Positions 42,288 to 51,205 of a stretch of DNA of 64,000 nt are shown one piece after another (positions within the stretch are counted from its first letter, which is position 1; each line of letters opens with the position of its first letter). Below the pieces are notes generated by a model. That model had not been told where the DNA came from, did no database searches, and worked only from the letters and a program-made list of their open reading frames with translations. This stretch comes from Actinomycetes bacterium (GTDB taxonomy: Bacteria; Actinomycetota; Actinomycetes; Actinomycetales; Microbacteriaceae). Where the stretch lies: positions 359 through 64,358 of the forward strand of contig JAEXHA010000152.1 of assembly GCA_023450335.1 (NCBI GenBank). Reading direction: 5' to 3'. The translations under genes were made by a program, and so were the position numbers.

Positions 42288-42698
42288 ATGCGCTCCATCC
42301 ACAACTATGTCCAGGCGGTGAAGGCCCGCCGCGAGGAGAACGGCGACGAGGGCTTCTCGCTCATCGAACTGATCGTCGTGGTCGTCATCCTCGGCATCCT
42401 CGCCGCGATCGCCATCCCGGTATTCGCTGGTCTCCAGAACACGGCAAAGCAAGAATCTCTCAATGCGATTGCAGCGAACGCCGCCACTGCGGGAGCGTCG
42501 CAGGTGGCGCAGAACCTCGAAGCTACGGCGCTCACTGCCGCTCTGACGGCCGAAGCGGCACAACTGAGCGAGGGTGACGTTACCGTGACGATCTCGGGGA
42601 CAACCATCGAGACGGTCTGTGGGCTCGCGACTCACACTGATGGCACTACCGCTGCTGCTGGGCCCGGAGCGAACGCTGCCGGCGACGCCTGCAGCTAG
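42288..42698 (+). CDS. pilA: Major type IV pilin
   Basis: G|FSLIELIVVVVILGILAAIAIP prepilin motif; strong RBS; C-terminal Cys pair. Confidence 0.92.
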   Translation: MRSIHNYVQAVKARREENGDEGFSLIELIVVVVILGILAAIAIPVFAGLQNTAKQESLNAIAANAATAGASQVAQNLEATALTAALTAEAAQLSEGDVTVTISGTTIETVCGLATHTDGTTAAAGPGANAAGDACS

Positions 42699-42711
42699 GC
42701 ACCCAGTCCAC

Positions 42712-42748
42712 CTGTGAGGCCCCGTCAAATCATGGCGTGGCCTCACAG
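42712..42748 (+). terminator. Hairpin after major pilin (terminator/stabiliser)
   Basis: CTGTGAGGCC...GGCCTCACAG. Confidence 0.6.
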
Positions 42749-42791
42749 AATGGCGATGGTGGGGAGACCCTACGTCGGGTGGTGAGGAATC

Positions 42792-43190
42792 ATGGCTGAT
42801 CGAGATGGATCAGGTTTCAGCCTCGTCGAGGTGATCATCGCGATGTTCATGCTCTCGGTGTTGGCCATCGCGATCCTGCCCCTCATCATCGGCGCGACGC
42901 AGCTGAGCACCGTGAACCGCGACATCACCACCGCAACCGCATTCGCGAACGCGCAACTCTCGCCGATACGTGACGCCTTCCCCCTCAACGCACTGACTCC
43001 CGCAACGTGCACCGCCGTCCAGACGCACGCTGCCGCTGATGTCCCCGGCCCCGACGGTCTTGAGGCAGACGTCGTCGTGGGGAGCTGCCCGGCTTTGTAT
43101 CCGGGAACGGTGACCGTCGACGTCTACGTATCGAATGGTCCCGACACCGTGGTGCACTTGCCCACCCGCATCCTGGTGGCAGCAGCATGA
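42792..43190 (+). CDS. Minor type IV pilin (PilV-like)
   Basis: G|FSLVEVIIAM. Confidence 0.88.
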   Translation: MADRDGSGFSLVEVIIAMFMLSVLAIAILPLIIGATQLSTVNRDITTATAFANAQLSPIRDAFPLNALTPATCTAVQTHAAADVPGPDGLEADVVVGSCPALYPGTVTVDVYVSNGPDTVVHLPTRILVAAA

Positions 43191-43726
43191 ACGTGATTCC
43201 CCGCGACGAAGCCGGCCTGACCTTGACGGAGCTCATCGTCTACGTTCTGGTGTCCGCACTGTTCGCCGGGCTCCTCGCCGCTCTCTTCATCAACGGCATG
43301 CAGGCGAACGCGCAGACAACTGACCGGGACAGTGCCACCGGACGCGCCTCCGTCATCAGCACGTCACTGTTCGGTTCGATTCGCAACGCGCTCTCGTTCA
43401 CTGTGAAGGACGGCGGCAACTCCGTCGTCGCCATCGTCGCGACAGGTGCCACGGGATGGGAGTGCCGAGCCTGGAGCATCGTGGGCGACGAGCTTCGTTA
43501 CCGCGCACAGCCGGGAGCGATCGACACCGCCATGGCCCCGACGTGGGGCGCCCTGTCGGGCGGCGTCACGCCGACCCTTCCGGGACCGGCCGCGTTCGAG
43601 ACCACCGGTGCCCGCGCTCTGGCTGTGGGACTCGACATCGCGGGCGAGGACGAGATTGTCAGCCTGGAAGATGGAGTGACCGCACAGGCGGTCACCGACG
43701 AAATAGGGACACCGACGTGTTGGTAA
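43187..43726 (+). CDS. Minor type IV pilin (PilW-like)
   Basis: G|LTLTELIVYV. Confidence 0.85.
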   Translation: MNVIPRDEAGLTLTELIVYVLVSALFAGLLAALFINGMQANAQTTDRDSATGRASVISTSLFGSIRNALSFTVKDGGNSVVAIVATGATGWECRAWSIVGDELRYRAQPGAIDTAMAPTWGALSGGVTPTLPGPAAFETTGARALAVGLDIAGEDEIVSLEDGVTAQAVTDEIGTPTCW

Positions 43727-45501
43727 GAATCGCGGACCGTTTGTGCGAGGGACGCGAAGCGGGCTCGACGCTCATCTCGGTGTTGATCATCATGCTGGTC
43801 CTGGGCCTCGGCGGTATGACCGTCGCCGCGATCGTCGTGAACACCGCGGGACTGGTCGTCGACGGGCGCAGCACGGCGCAGTCGCGCGCCGCTGCCGACG
43901 CGGGCATGGCCGTCGTCGTGGCGCAAGCCAAGAGCGGCGGCTCGATCTGCAGTGCCAGTGCATCCTCCGCTTCCGCCCCTCGCTTCACGGTCTCCGCAGC
44001 CTGCAGCGGCGGCAAAGTCACGTTCACGTCTGAGGGGCGGGGTGAAGATGGGGGTGTGACGAAGGCCCAAGCCGTCTATGAGATGCACGTGGCGACCTCG
44101 ACACTCGACGGGGCGCTCGTCTCGGCGAACGGCGGCCTGAACGTTTCGTCCATTCACGTGACCGCCTTCGATGTCGACGGTGACATCGTCCTGAACCACG
44201 GCAGCCTGGACTGCAACAACTCCACCGAGATCGAAGGAGACGTCATCGTTCGAAACGGCTCGGTGAGCCTCTCGAACTACTGCCACGTCCATGGCGATGT
44301 CATTGCGTCCGGTGATGTGACGCTCTCGAATCACGTCGAGATCGGCGGCAACGTGCACGCGATGGGCAACTTCAACATCAACAACAACACTGTCGTCGCT
44401 GGCGACGTGTTCACCCGGGGCACCGCCACGATGACCAGCGGCGCCAAGGTCAGGAGCATCACTGCGCTCGGCACCGTCAGCGTGGACGGCGGCACCACCA
44501 GAGTCTTGGGTGCGATCCACACAGGCGGAACTGTCAGTGTCAACGCCGCCACAGTGACGGGGGCTGTGACAGCGGCGAGCAACTCGCCCTCGAGCTTCTA
44601 CGGCGCGAAGACTGGAGCGATTCGTATAGCTGGTCGACTCAGTCAGTTGCAGGCCACAACCGTGACGGGCGATGTCATCTCGACGCTGGCCGGAGCGTCG
44701 CAGGATATTGCGCCTGACGTGACGATCACAGGGAATCTCACACTTGCTGGCACCTACTCCACCTGGAACAGCGGACCCACAGTAGGCGGGTCGAAGACCG
44801 AGAACGTCGCAGGGCTCACTGTTCCCTCTGGGCCTTCCGTCGACGCGCCCTGGCAGCTCGCCACGGACGCATTCACCTGGTCGGATCTCCCTTACAACGC
44901 TGCTGCGTGGTCGAGTGCGGGCTACAACGAGATCCCCGCACCGGGATGCACCTTCCAGGGCAATGCGACGCTCGTCGCGCAGATCAATTCGTTGACCACA
45001 CCGACGATCGTCGATGCGCGCTCGTGCGGACCGCTGAACCTGTATCAGGTGAACTTCAAGCTCAAGACGGATGTCACGTTCTTGGTGACGTCTCTCACCG
45101 GACAGCTTCTGAAGATCGAATCAGGCGATACCAACGAGCACATCTTCAACATCATCACCCCCGATCACGTGGTGAACCAGGCAAAATCATGCCTCGCCCA
45201 GTCGCCCTTCCCGACGCCGGGAACCATCGGGCTCTCGGACGTCCAGATGGATCCGCTCATCACCGGCGTCGCCTACTCGCCGTGCACCGTGCATCTCGGT
45301 CAGTCCGGGGGTAACCCCAGTCGCTGGAACGGGCAGGTGTATGCCGGAACTGTGACATGGGGCGGAAACAGCGGCACCCGTATGATTCTCGATTATCGCG
45401 AGGTGAACCTGCCCGGGCTCGTCTCGTCGCCCGGAGGCGGTGGGGGGCCCGTCGCGCCCTCAGGCCTGGGCAACCTGCTCTGGCAGAGAGATGTGCCGTG
45501 A
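43717..45501 (+). CDS. Large PilX-like minor pilin with predicted beta-solenoid domain
   Basis: G|STLISVLII (no Glu5), AAADAG motif, GDV/GNV repeats; start GTG 43717 or TTG 43720. Confidence 0.78.
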   Translation: MLVRIADRLCEGREAGSTLISVLIIMLVLGLGGMTVAAIVVNTAGLVVDGRSTAQSRAAADAGMAVVVAQAKSGGSICSASASSASAPRFTVSAACSGGKVTFTSEGRGEDGGVTKAQAVYEMHVATSTLDGALVSANGGLNVSSIHVTAFDVDGDIVLNHGSLDCNNSTEIEGDVIVRNGSVSLSNYCHVHGDVIASGDVTLSNHVEIGGNVHAMGNFNINNNTVVAGDVFTRGTATMTSGAKVRSITALGTVSVDGGTTRVLGAIHTGGTVSVNAATVTGAVTAASNSPSSFYGAKTGAIRIAGRLSQLQATTVTGDVISTLAGASQDIAPDVTITGNLTLAGTYSTWNSGPTVGGSKTENVAGLTVPSGPSVDAPWQLATDAFTWSDLPYNAAAWSSAGYNEIPAPGCTFQGNATLVAQINSLTTPTIVDARSCGPLNLYQVNFKLKTDVTFLVTSLTGQLLKIESGDTNEHIFNIITPDHVVNQAKSCLAQSPFPTPGTIGLSDVQMDPLITGVAYSPCTVHLGQSGGNPSRWNGQVYAGTVTWGGNSGTRMILDYREVNLPGLVSSPGGGGGPVAPSGLGNLLWQRDVP

Positions 45502-46349
45502 GCGGGCTCAACGTCACCCCTTCGCTGATGCTGGCATTGGGCCTGGCCGGACTGTTCGGACTGGTTGTCGGCTCGTTCTTGAACGTCGTCGTCTACCGGG
45601 TGCCGGCGGGCATCTCGCTTGTGCGCCCGAGTCAGTGCCCAGCCTGTGACGCCCCCGTCAAGCCGTGGCAGAACGTACCGATCGTGTCGTGGCTGGCCCT
45701 GCGAGGAAGATGCGCGTCGTGCCGGGCTCCGATCTCGCCGCGTTATCCCGTGGTCGAACTCGCGACAGGCCTGGCGTTCATCGCCGTGGTGCTGGCAGGT
45801 CTGGATGCCGGGGCGATCGGAATCCAGCTCGTTCAGCAACCGGTGGTCTTCGTTCTCATCACAGTCGCCTACCTCTACCTGGCATCCATCAGCATCGCCC
45901 TGGCGCTGATCGACCTGGACACACACCGTCTGCCCAACAGCATCGTGCTGCCCTCGTATCTCGTGCTCGGAGTGCTCCTGACCGCGGCGTGCCTGTTCGG
46001 TGCGCCCTGGGAGGCGCTCTTGCGCGCGGCCGTGGGGGGCGCCGCGCTGTACGCGTTCTACTTCATCCTGCGCTTTGCGCGGCCCGGGGGCATGGGCGGC
46101 GGCGACGTGAAGCTCGCCGGAGTGCTCGGCATCGCGCTCGGCTTCATCGGGTGGGGCGCCCTCGTGGTCGGCGCGTTCGCAGCTTTCGTGCTCGGCGGCA
46201 TCTTCGGTATCGCGCTCATGATCGCGCGTCGCGCGGGACGCAAGACCGCCATTCCCTTCGGGCCGTGGATGATCGCGGGCGCATGGGTCGGAATCTTCGC
46301 GGGTGAACAGCTCGCACAGTGGTATCTGGGAGCGCTGGTGCGCGGCTGA
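45498..46349 (+). CDS. pilD: Prepilin peptidase
   Basis: GSFLNVVVYRVP, CPAC..CASC, IDLD, MGGGDVKL, IPFGPW. Confidence 0.95.
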   Translation: MSGLNVTPSLMLALGLAGLFGLVVGSFLNVVVYRVPAGISLVRPSQCPACDAPVKPWQNVPIVSWLALRGRCASCRAPISPRYPVVELATGLAFIAVVLAGLDAGAIGIQLVQQPVVFVLITVAYLYLASISIALALIDLDTHRLPNSIVLPSYLVLGVLLTAACLFGAPWEALLRAAVGGAALYAFYFILRFARPGGMGGGDVKLAGVLGIALGFIGWGALVVGAFAAFVLGGIFGIALMIARRAGRKTAIPFGPWMIAGAWVGIFAGEQLAQWYLGALVRG

Positions 46350-46379
46350 GGCCGCCACCGGCAGAGAGGGGACGAGACG

Positions 46380-47432
46380 TTGGCGAAGTCAATCGTCGGG
46401 TTGGAGATCACCGAAGAGGGCGTCCGCGCGGCCGAGGTGACGACGGGGCGAACCCCGACCCTCATCGCCTACGGAGCGGTGCCGCTGCCCCCCGGCGCGG
46501 CCAAAGACTCCGAGATCTTCGACCGTGATGCCGTAGTGATGGCGATCCGCCAGCTCTGGTCTCGCGCCGGTATCAAAGCGAAGAACGTCGTGCTGGGTAC
46601 CGGCAGCCGTCGCATCCTCGTGCGTGACTACACGACCACCGCGATGCGCCCCGATCTTCTGGCACAGGCGCTGCCCTACCAGGTACAGGATCTGCTGCCG
46701 GTGCCGGCGGATCAGGCCGTGCTCGACTTCTTCCCCGTATCCCAAGAAGGCGACCAGGTGACGGGTCTGCTGGTCGCCGCCGTCGCTGAGACGGTGGAGG
46801 AACTGGTCAAGACGGTCGGAAAGGCCAAGGTCACCGTCGACGTCGTCGACCTCGCGCCGTTCGGGCTCGCGCGCGCCGCAGCGCGCGTCGCGGCGCCGGG
46901 CGAGTGCGTCGCCACGCTGCACCTGGGAGACCACACCAGCTACGTCGTGGTTCTGCGTGACGGGGTGCCGCTTTTCGTGCGCATCATCCCCGTCGATATC
47001 GCCACCGAGGCGGTACGCGCGCGCGAAGCGACGGCGCACGCGGACGCAGCGGACGTGCCGGTCATGGAGGAGGCATTCGAAACCGTGCCTCCGGGCGAAC
47101 CCGTCATGCGCCGCTCGCGCGCAGCCGCTCGGCTGCAACCGCGCCCCACCGGGATGACGTCGGCGGCGATCGACGACCTGGTGTGGCGTTTGGGCAGCAC
47201 CCTGCGCTTCTACGCCGACCGGTCGGGAGACCACCCCGTCACCCGCGTGCTGCTCAGCGGAGCCGGGGCGGCCGTCGAGGGCATCCCCGCAGCGCTGGCT
47301 GCCAGCCTGCCGATGCAGGTCGAAGCGGTCGGCATCAGCCGCGTGCTGCAGTCGAAGGTCGCGATCGCCTCCGCCGATGACGACCTCAACCTGCTCGCGA
47401 CGGCGGGCCTCGCGCTCGGGGAGAACAGCTGA
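46380..47432 (+). CDS. pilM: Type IV pilus assembly protein PilM
   Basis: IVGLEI actin-like start, AVLDF, LLSGAGA; position in cluster. Confidence 0.88.
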   Translation: MAKSIVGLEITEEGVRAAEVTTGRTPTLIAYGAVPLPPGAAKDSEIFDRDAVVMAIRQLWSRAGIKAKNVVLGTGSRRILVRDYTTTAMRPDLLAQALPYQVQDLLPVPADQAVLDFFPVSQEGDQVTGLLVAAVAETVEELVKTVGKAKVTVDVVDLAPFGLARAAARVAAPGECVATLHLGDHTSYVVVLRDGVPLFVRIIPVDIATEAVRAREATAHADAADVPVMEEAFETVPPGEPVMRRSRAAARLQPRPTGMTSAAIDDLVWRLGSTLRFYADRSGDHPVTRVLLSGAGAAVEGIPAALAASLPMQVEAVGISRVLQSKVAIASADDDLNLLATAGLALGENS

Positions 47433-48073
47433 TGGCGTTCGTCGGAGACGCATCGATCGGCGGCCTGCCGCGCGTCAACCTTCTTCCGCGCCGCGAGATC
47501 GAACGCCGTGCGCAGATGTCGCTGCTGCGGCGATGGGGCTGGGGCCTCGCGGCCGCGCTCTTGGTCGTGGTTCTCGTCACCGCCGGTGCCTTCGTGCTGC
47601 AGGCGGGAGCATCGCTGCGGCTGGCGCAGGAGAACGCACGCACCAACACATTGCTCTCGCAGGTGGCCGCCTTGCAGCCCGTGCGAGACAAGCTGACACT
47701 CGAATCCGAACTCGTGGGCTATCGCGCACAGGCGATGGGAGCCGACCTGACCTGGGGCACCGTCGTTGCCACTGCCGAAAAGGCGCTGCCCGACGACGTC
47801 ATCCTGGCCGGGTTCGCCCTCACCGCCGGCGCCCTTCCGCTCGGGGACGATCCCACGCTCGAGGTCGGGGCAGTCGGAACGCTGACTCTCGCGAGCGATT
47901 CGACTCTCGACTTGGTGCCGTACGTGCGTGCGCTGCGACAGCAGCCCGGGGTCCTGTCCACCGTGAGCGACGGCTGGGCCTTGCAGGCAGACGGAGCCGG
48001 CTACCTCTACACCGTGAGTCTGGGGATCGACCAGTCGGTGTACACCGGAGCATTCGCCGAGGGGGACCAGTGA
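47432..48073 (+). CDS. pilN: Type IV pilus assembly protein PilN
   Basis: PRVNLLP motif followed by TM. Confidence 0.82.
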   Translation: MAFVGDASIGGLPRVNLLPRREIERRAQMSLLRRWGWGLAAALLVVVLVTAGAFVLQAGASLRLAQENARTNTLLSQVAALQPVRDKLTLESELVGYRAQAMGADLTWGTVVATAEKALPDDVILAGFALTAGALPLGDDPTLEVGAVGTLTLASDSTLDLVPYVRALRQQPGVLSTVSDGWALQADGAGYLYTVSLGIDQSVYTGAFAEGDQ

Positions 48074-48738
48074 ATCTCAACAAGCAGTTCATCAACGTCA
48101 TCGGCGCGGTCGTCATCCTCGCCGTCATGGTGGCGGGTGTCGCGCTGATCGCTCTGCCGATGTGGTCGCAGTCGCAGGCGACGGATGCCAGCACGCGTAC
48201 GGTCGCGCAGACCAACACCGTGTACCAGGCACAGATCGACCAGCTGACGGCGGCCGAGGCGCGCATTGACCAGATCGATGCGCACTTGACGGAACTGCGG
48301 ACCGAGATCGCGCCGTTCACCCGCCTCGACGATGCCTTCGACCTCATCATTACGGCCGCGGACGAGCGGGACCTCGTGCTCGAGTCCATCAATGCCGCCG
48401 AGCCCGAACCCTTCGTACCGCGCACCTCGCTCACGGGCGAACCCGCCGAGGCCGCACCTCCGGCATCCACCGACGCATCGGCCGCACCCGCCGATGCCGA
48501 AACGCCCACAGACGCGGCCCCCGCGGAGACCGCGCCGGAACCGACCACGCCCGACGAGGCGTCGCCGCAGCAACAGGTGGCGCTCACGATCACCGTGCCG
48601 GTTCCCGACGCGAAGACCGCGACGGCCTTCGTCGACGACCTGCGTGCCGGCCCGCGCCTGATCTCGATCATCGACGCGACGCTCACCGACGGCGTACTCA
48701 CCGTCACCGCATTGACCTACATCCGGACGGAGGACTGA
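48070..48738 (+). CDS. pilO: PilO-like pilus assembly protein
   Basis: N-terminal TM, coiled coil, FVDDLR.GPRL; position after pilN. Confidence 0.7.
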   Translation: MNLNKQFINVIGAVVILAVMVAGVALIALPMWSQSQATDASTRTVAQTNTVYQAQIDQLTAAEARIDQIDAHLTELRTEIAPFTRLDDAFDLIITAADERDLVLESINAAEPEPFVPRTSLTGEPAEAAPPASTDASAAPADAETPTDAAPAETAPEPTTPDEASPQQQVALTITVPVPDAKTATAFVDDLRAGPRLISIIDATLTDGVLTVTALTYIRTED

Positions 48739-48739
48739 G

Positions 48740-49885
48740 ATGTCCGTCGACACCTCACCGCTCACCGACCTGCTCGCGATCGCGGGGCGCTCGCGCGCGT
48801 CCGACGTGCATCTCACGGCCGGGCATCCGCCGCTCATGCGCGTCGACGGCGACCTCGCGCCCATCCCGGGCTACCTCGAGGCGACCACGACCAACTGGCT
48901 CGATTCGGCGCTGGGCGGCATGCTCACGACCGACCAGGTGAACGAGTACCGGCAGCACGGCGAGGTCGACCTCTCGATCTCGGTGCCGGGCGTCGCCCGA
49001 TTCCGCGTCAACGTGTTCCGCCAGCTCGGGCAGGTCGCAGTGGCACTGCGATTCATCCCCGATCAGGCCAAGCCGCTCGAAGAGCTCGGCGTGCCGGCCA
49101 TCGCGCGCGACCTCGTCATGAAGCCGCGCGGCCTCGTGCTCGTCACCGGACCCACCGGCTCGGGCAAGTCGACGACCCTGTCGGCCATGATCGACATCGT
49201 CAACCGCACCAAGCCGGCGCACATCGTGACGGTCGAAGACCCGGTCGAGTTCCAGCACACGAGCAAGGTGTCGCTCATCCACCAGCGTGAGATCGGCAGC
49301 GACACGGCCTCGTTCTCCGAGGCGCTGCGCCGCGTGCTGCGACAGGACCCCGACATCATCCTGATCGGTGAGCTTCGTGACCCCGAGTCGATCTCGACGG
49401 CGCTGACGGCGGCCGAGACCGGCCACCTGGTTCTGTCGACCCTGCACACCCAGAGCGCCGCGAAGTCGATCAACCGTATCGTCGACGCCTTCCCGCCCGA
49501 CCAGCAGAACCAGGTGCGCACGCAGCTCGGTGACACGCTGCAGGGCATCATCACCCAGACGCTGCTGCCCAAGGCGCAGAGCGAGGGCCGCGTCATCGGC
49601 ACCGAGGTGCTCGTGAACACGCCGGCCATCGCGAACCTCATCCGCGAGGGCGAGATCAGCCAGATCTACTCGATGCTGCAGGCCGGCGGGGCGCTGGGCA
49701 TGCATACCCTCGATCAGGACCTCAAGCGCCTGGTCTCGACCGGCCAGATCTCGATGGCTCTCGCGAAGGAGATCGCCGTCGACCCGAAGACCTTCGACGA
49801 CGCCCGGGTGCGGCCGGTCGACTTCGACGCCGACGCGTGGACCATGCACTCCACCGAGCGCCAGACCCTGGGCTGGGGCAACTGA
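48740..49885 (+). CDS. pilT: Retraction ATPase PilT
   Basis: ASDVHL, GPTGSGKSTT, EDPVE, AAETGHLV, AIANLIRE, GMHTLDQ. Confidence 0.96.
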   Translation: MSVDTSPLTDLLAIAGRSRASDVHLTAGHPPLMRVDGDLAPIPGYLEATTTNWLDSALGGMLTTDQVNEYRQHGEVDLSISVPGVARFRVNVFRQLGQVAVALRFIPDQAKPLEELGVPAIARDLVMKPRGLVLVTGPTGSGKSTTLSAMIDIVNRTKPAHIVTVEDPVEFQHTSKVSLIHQREIGSDTASFSEALRRVLRQDPDIILIGELRDPESISTALTAAETGHLVLSTLHTQSAAKSINRIVDAFPPDQQNQVRTQLGDTLQGIITQTLLPKAQSEGRVIGTEVLVNTPAIANLIREGEISQIYSMLQAGGALGMHTLDQDLKRLVSTGQISMALAKEIAVDPKTFDDARVRPVDFDADAWTMHSTERQTLGWGN

Positions 49886-51120
49886 TGTCGCTCATCGAGG
49901 AATACACCTATCGCGCTGTCGACCCGCGCGGCGGCGGCATGGTCAAGGGCACCGTCGAAGCGTCGAGCGAGAGCGCGGTCGTCTCGAAGCTGCGCGCCCA
50001 GGGACTCACCCCGCTCGACGTGGCGCTCACCTCGAAGACCGGGCTCAACCGCGAGATCTCGATCCCCGGTCTCGAGAAGAACGTCAAGGCCGACACCCTC
50101 GCCGTGTTCGCCAAGCAGATGGCCGGGCTCATCAACGCCGGCCTGCCGCTCATGCGCACCCTCGCGATCCTCACCGAGCAGGCGGAGGACAAGAAGCTGC
50201 AGGCCGCGCTCATCCAGGTGCACGCCGCCGTCGAGCAGGGCCAGCCGCTGTCGAACGCGATGGCCCAGCACGAGCGCGTCTTCCCGCCGCTCATGGTCAG
50301 CATGGTGCGCGTGGGCGAGTCGGGCGGTTTCCTCGGCCAGTCGCTCACCAGCGTCGCGGCGACCTACAAGAACGAGGCCGAGCTTCACAACAAGATCAAG
50401 TCGGCGACGACCTACCCGCTGATCGTGCTGTCCATCGCCATCCTCGGCGTGATCGCGATGGTGACCTTCATCGTGCCGATCTTCGCGGGAATGTTCACCA
50501 ACCTCGGCTCCGAGCTGCCGCTGCCCACGCAGATCCTCGTCACCCTGTCGAACAACATGGTGTGGATCCTGCCGCTCCTGATCGTCCTGGGCGTCATCGG
50601 CATGTTCTGGTGGCAGCGCAACAAGCACACCGAGAAGGTGCGGCGCGTCGTCGACCCGTGGAAGCTCAAGCTGCCCGTCTTCGGCCCCCTGTCGACCAAG
50701 ATCGCGGTGGCGCGCTTCAGCCGCGGCCTGTCGATGATGCTCAAGGCCGGCGTGCCGCTCGTGCAGGCCCTCGAGATCGTGGGCGAGGCCGCCAACAACT
50801 ACAAGATCGAAGCGGCCGTCCGCGCCGTGCAGGAATCGGTCAAGCAGGGCAAGAGCTTCTCGACGCCGCTGGCCAAGGCCGAGATCTTTCCGCAGATGGT
50901 GGCCCAGATGGCATCGGTCGGCGAGGAATCGGGAACGCTGCCCGAGATGCTGGCATCCATCGCCGACTTCTACGAGGGTGAGGTCGAGACCGCCACCGAG
51001 CAGCTCACCGCCTCGATCGAACCGATCCTCATCGTCGGCATCGGCATCCTCATCGGCGGCATGGTCGTCTCTCTCTACATGCCGATCTTCTCGATCTACG
51101 GCGAGCTCGGCAACTCGTGA
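49885..51120 (+). CDS. pilC: Platform protein PilC (T2SS-F family)
   Basis: GESGG, ATTYP, LPLPTQIL, GEESGTL, IEPILIV. Confidence 0.95.
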   Translation: MSLIEEYTYRAVDPRGGGMVKGTVEASSESAVVSKLRAQGLTPLDVALTSKTGLNREISIPGLEKNVKADTLAVFAKQMAGLINAGLPLMRTLAILTEQAEDKKLQAALIQVHAAVEQGQPLSNAMAQHERVFPPLMVSMVRVGESGGFLGQSLTSVAATYKNEAELHNKIKSATTYPLIVLSIAILGVIAMVTFIVPIFAGMFTNLGSELPLPTQILVTLSNNMVWILPLLIVLGVIGMFWWQRNKHTEKVRRVVDPWKLKLPVFGPLSTKIAVARFSRGLSMMLKAGVPLVQALEIVGEAANNYKIEAAVRAVQESVKQGKSFSTPLAKAEIFPQMVAQMASVGEESGTLPEMLASIADFYEGEVETATEQLTASIEPILIVGIGILIGGMVVSLYMPIFSIYGELGNS

Positions 51121-51128
51121 CGAGGGGT

Positions 51129-51158
51129 GGATGCCGGTGGCTCACAGCCCCGGCATCC
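51129..51158. terminator. Hairpin between convergent pilC and SulP genes built from inverted GGATGCCG words
   Basis: GGATGCCGG-T-GGCT-CAC-AGCC-CCGGCATCC. Confidence 0.6.
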
Positions 51159-51205
51159 CGCGGCCGAATGCGGGGCCGGCCCCGGCATCCCTTCGCTCGT
51201 CGGGA

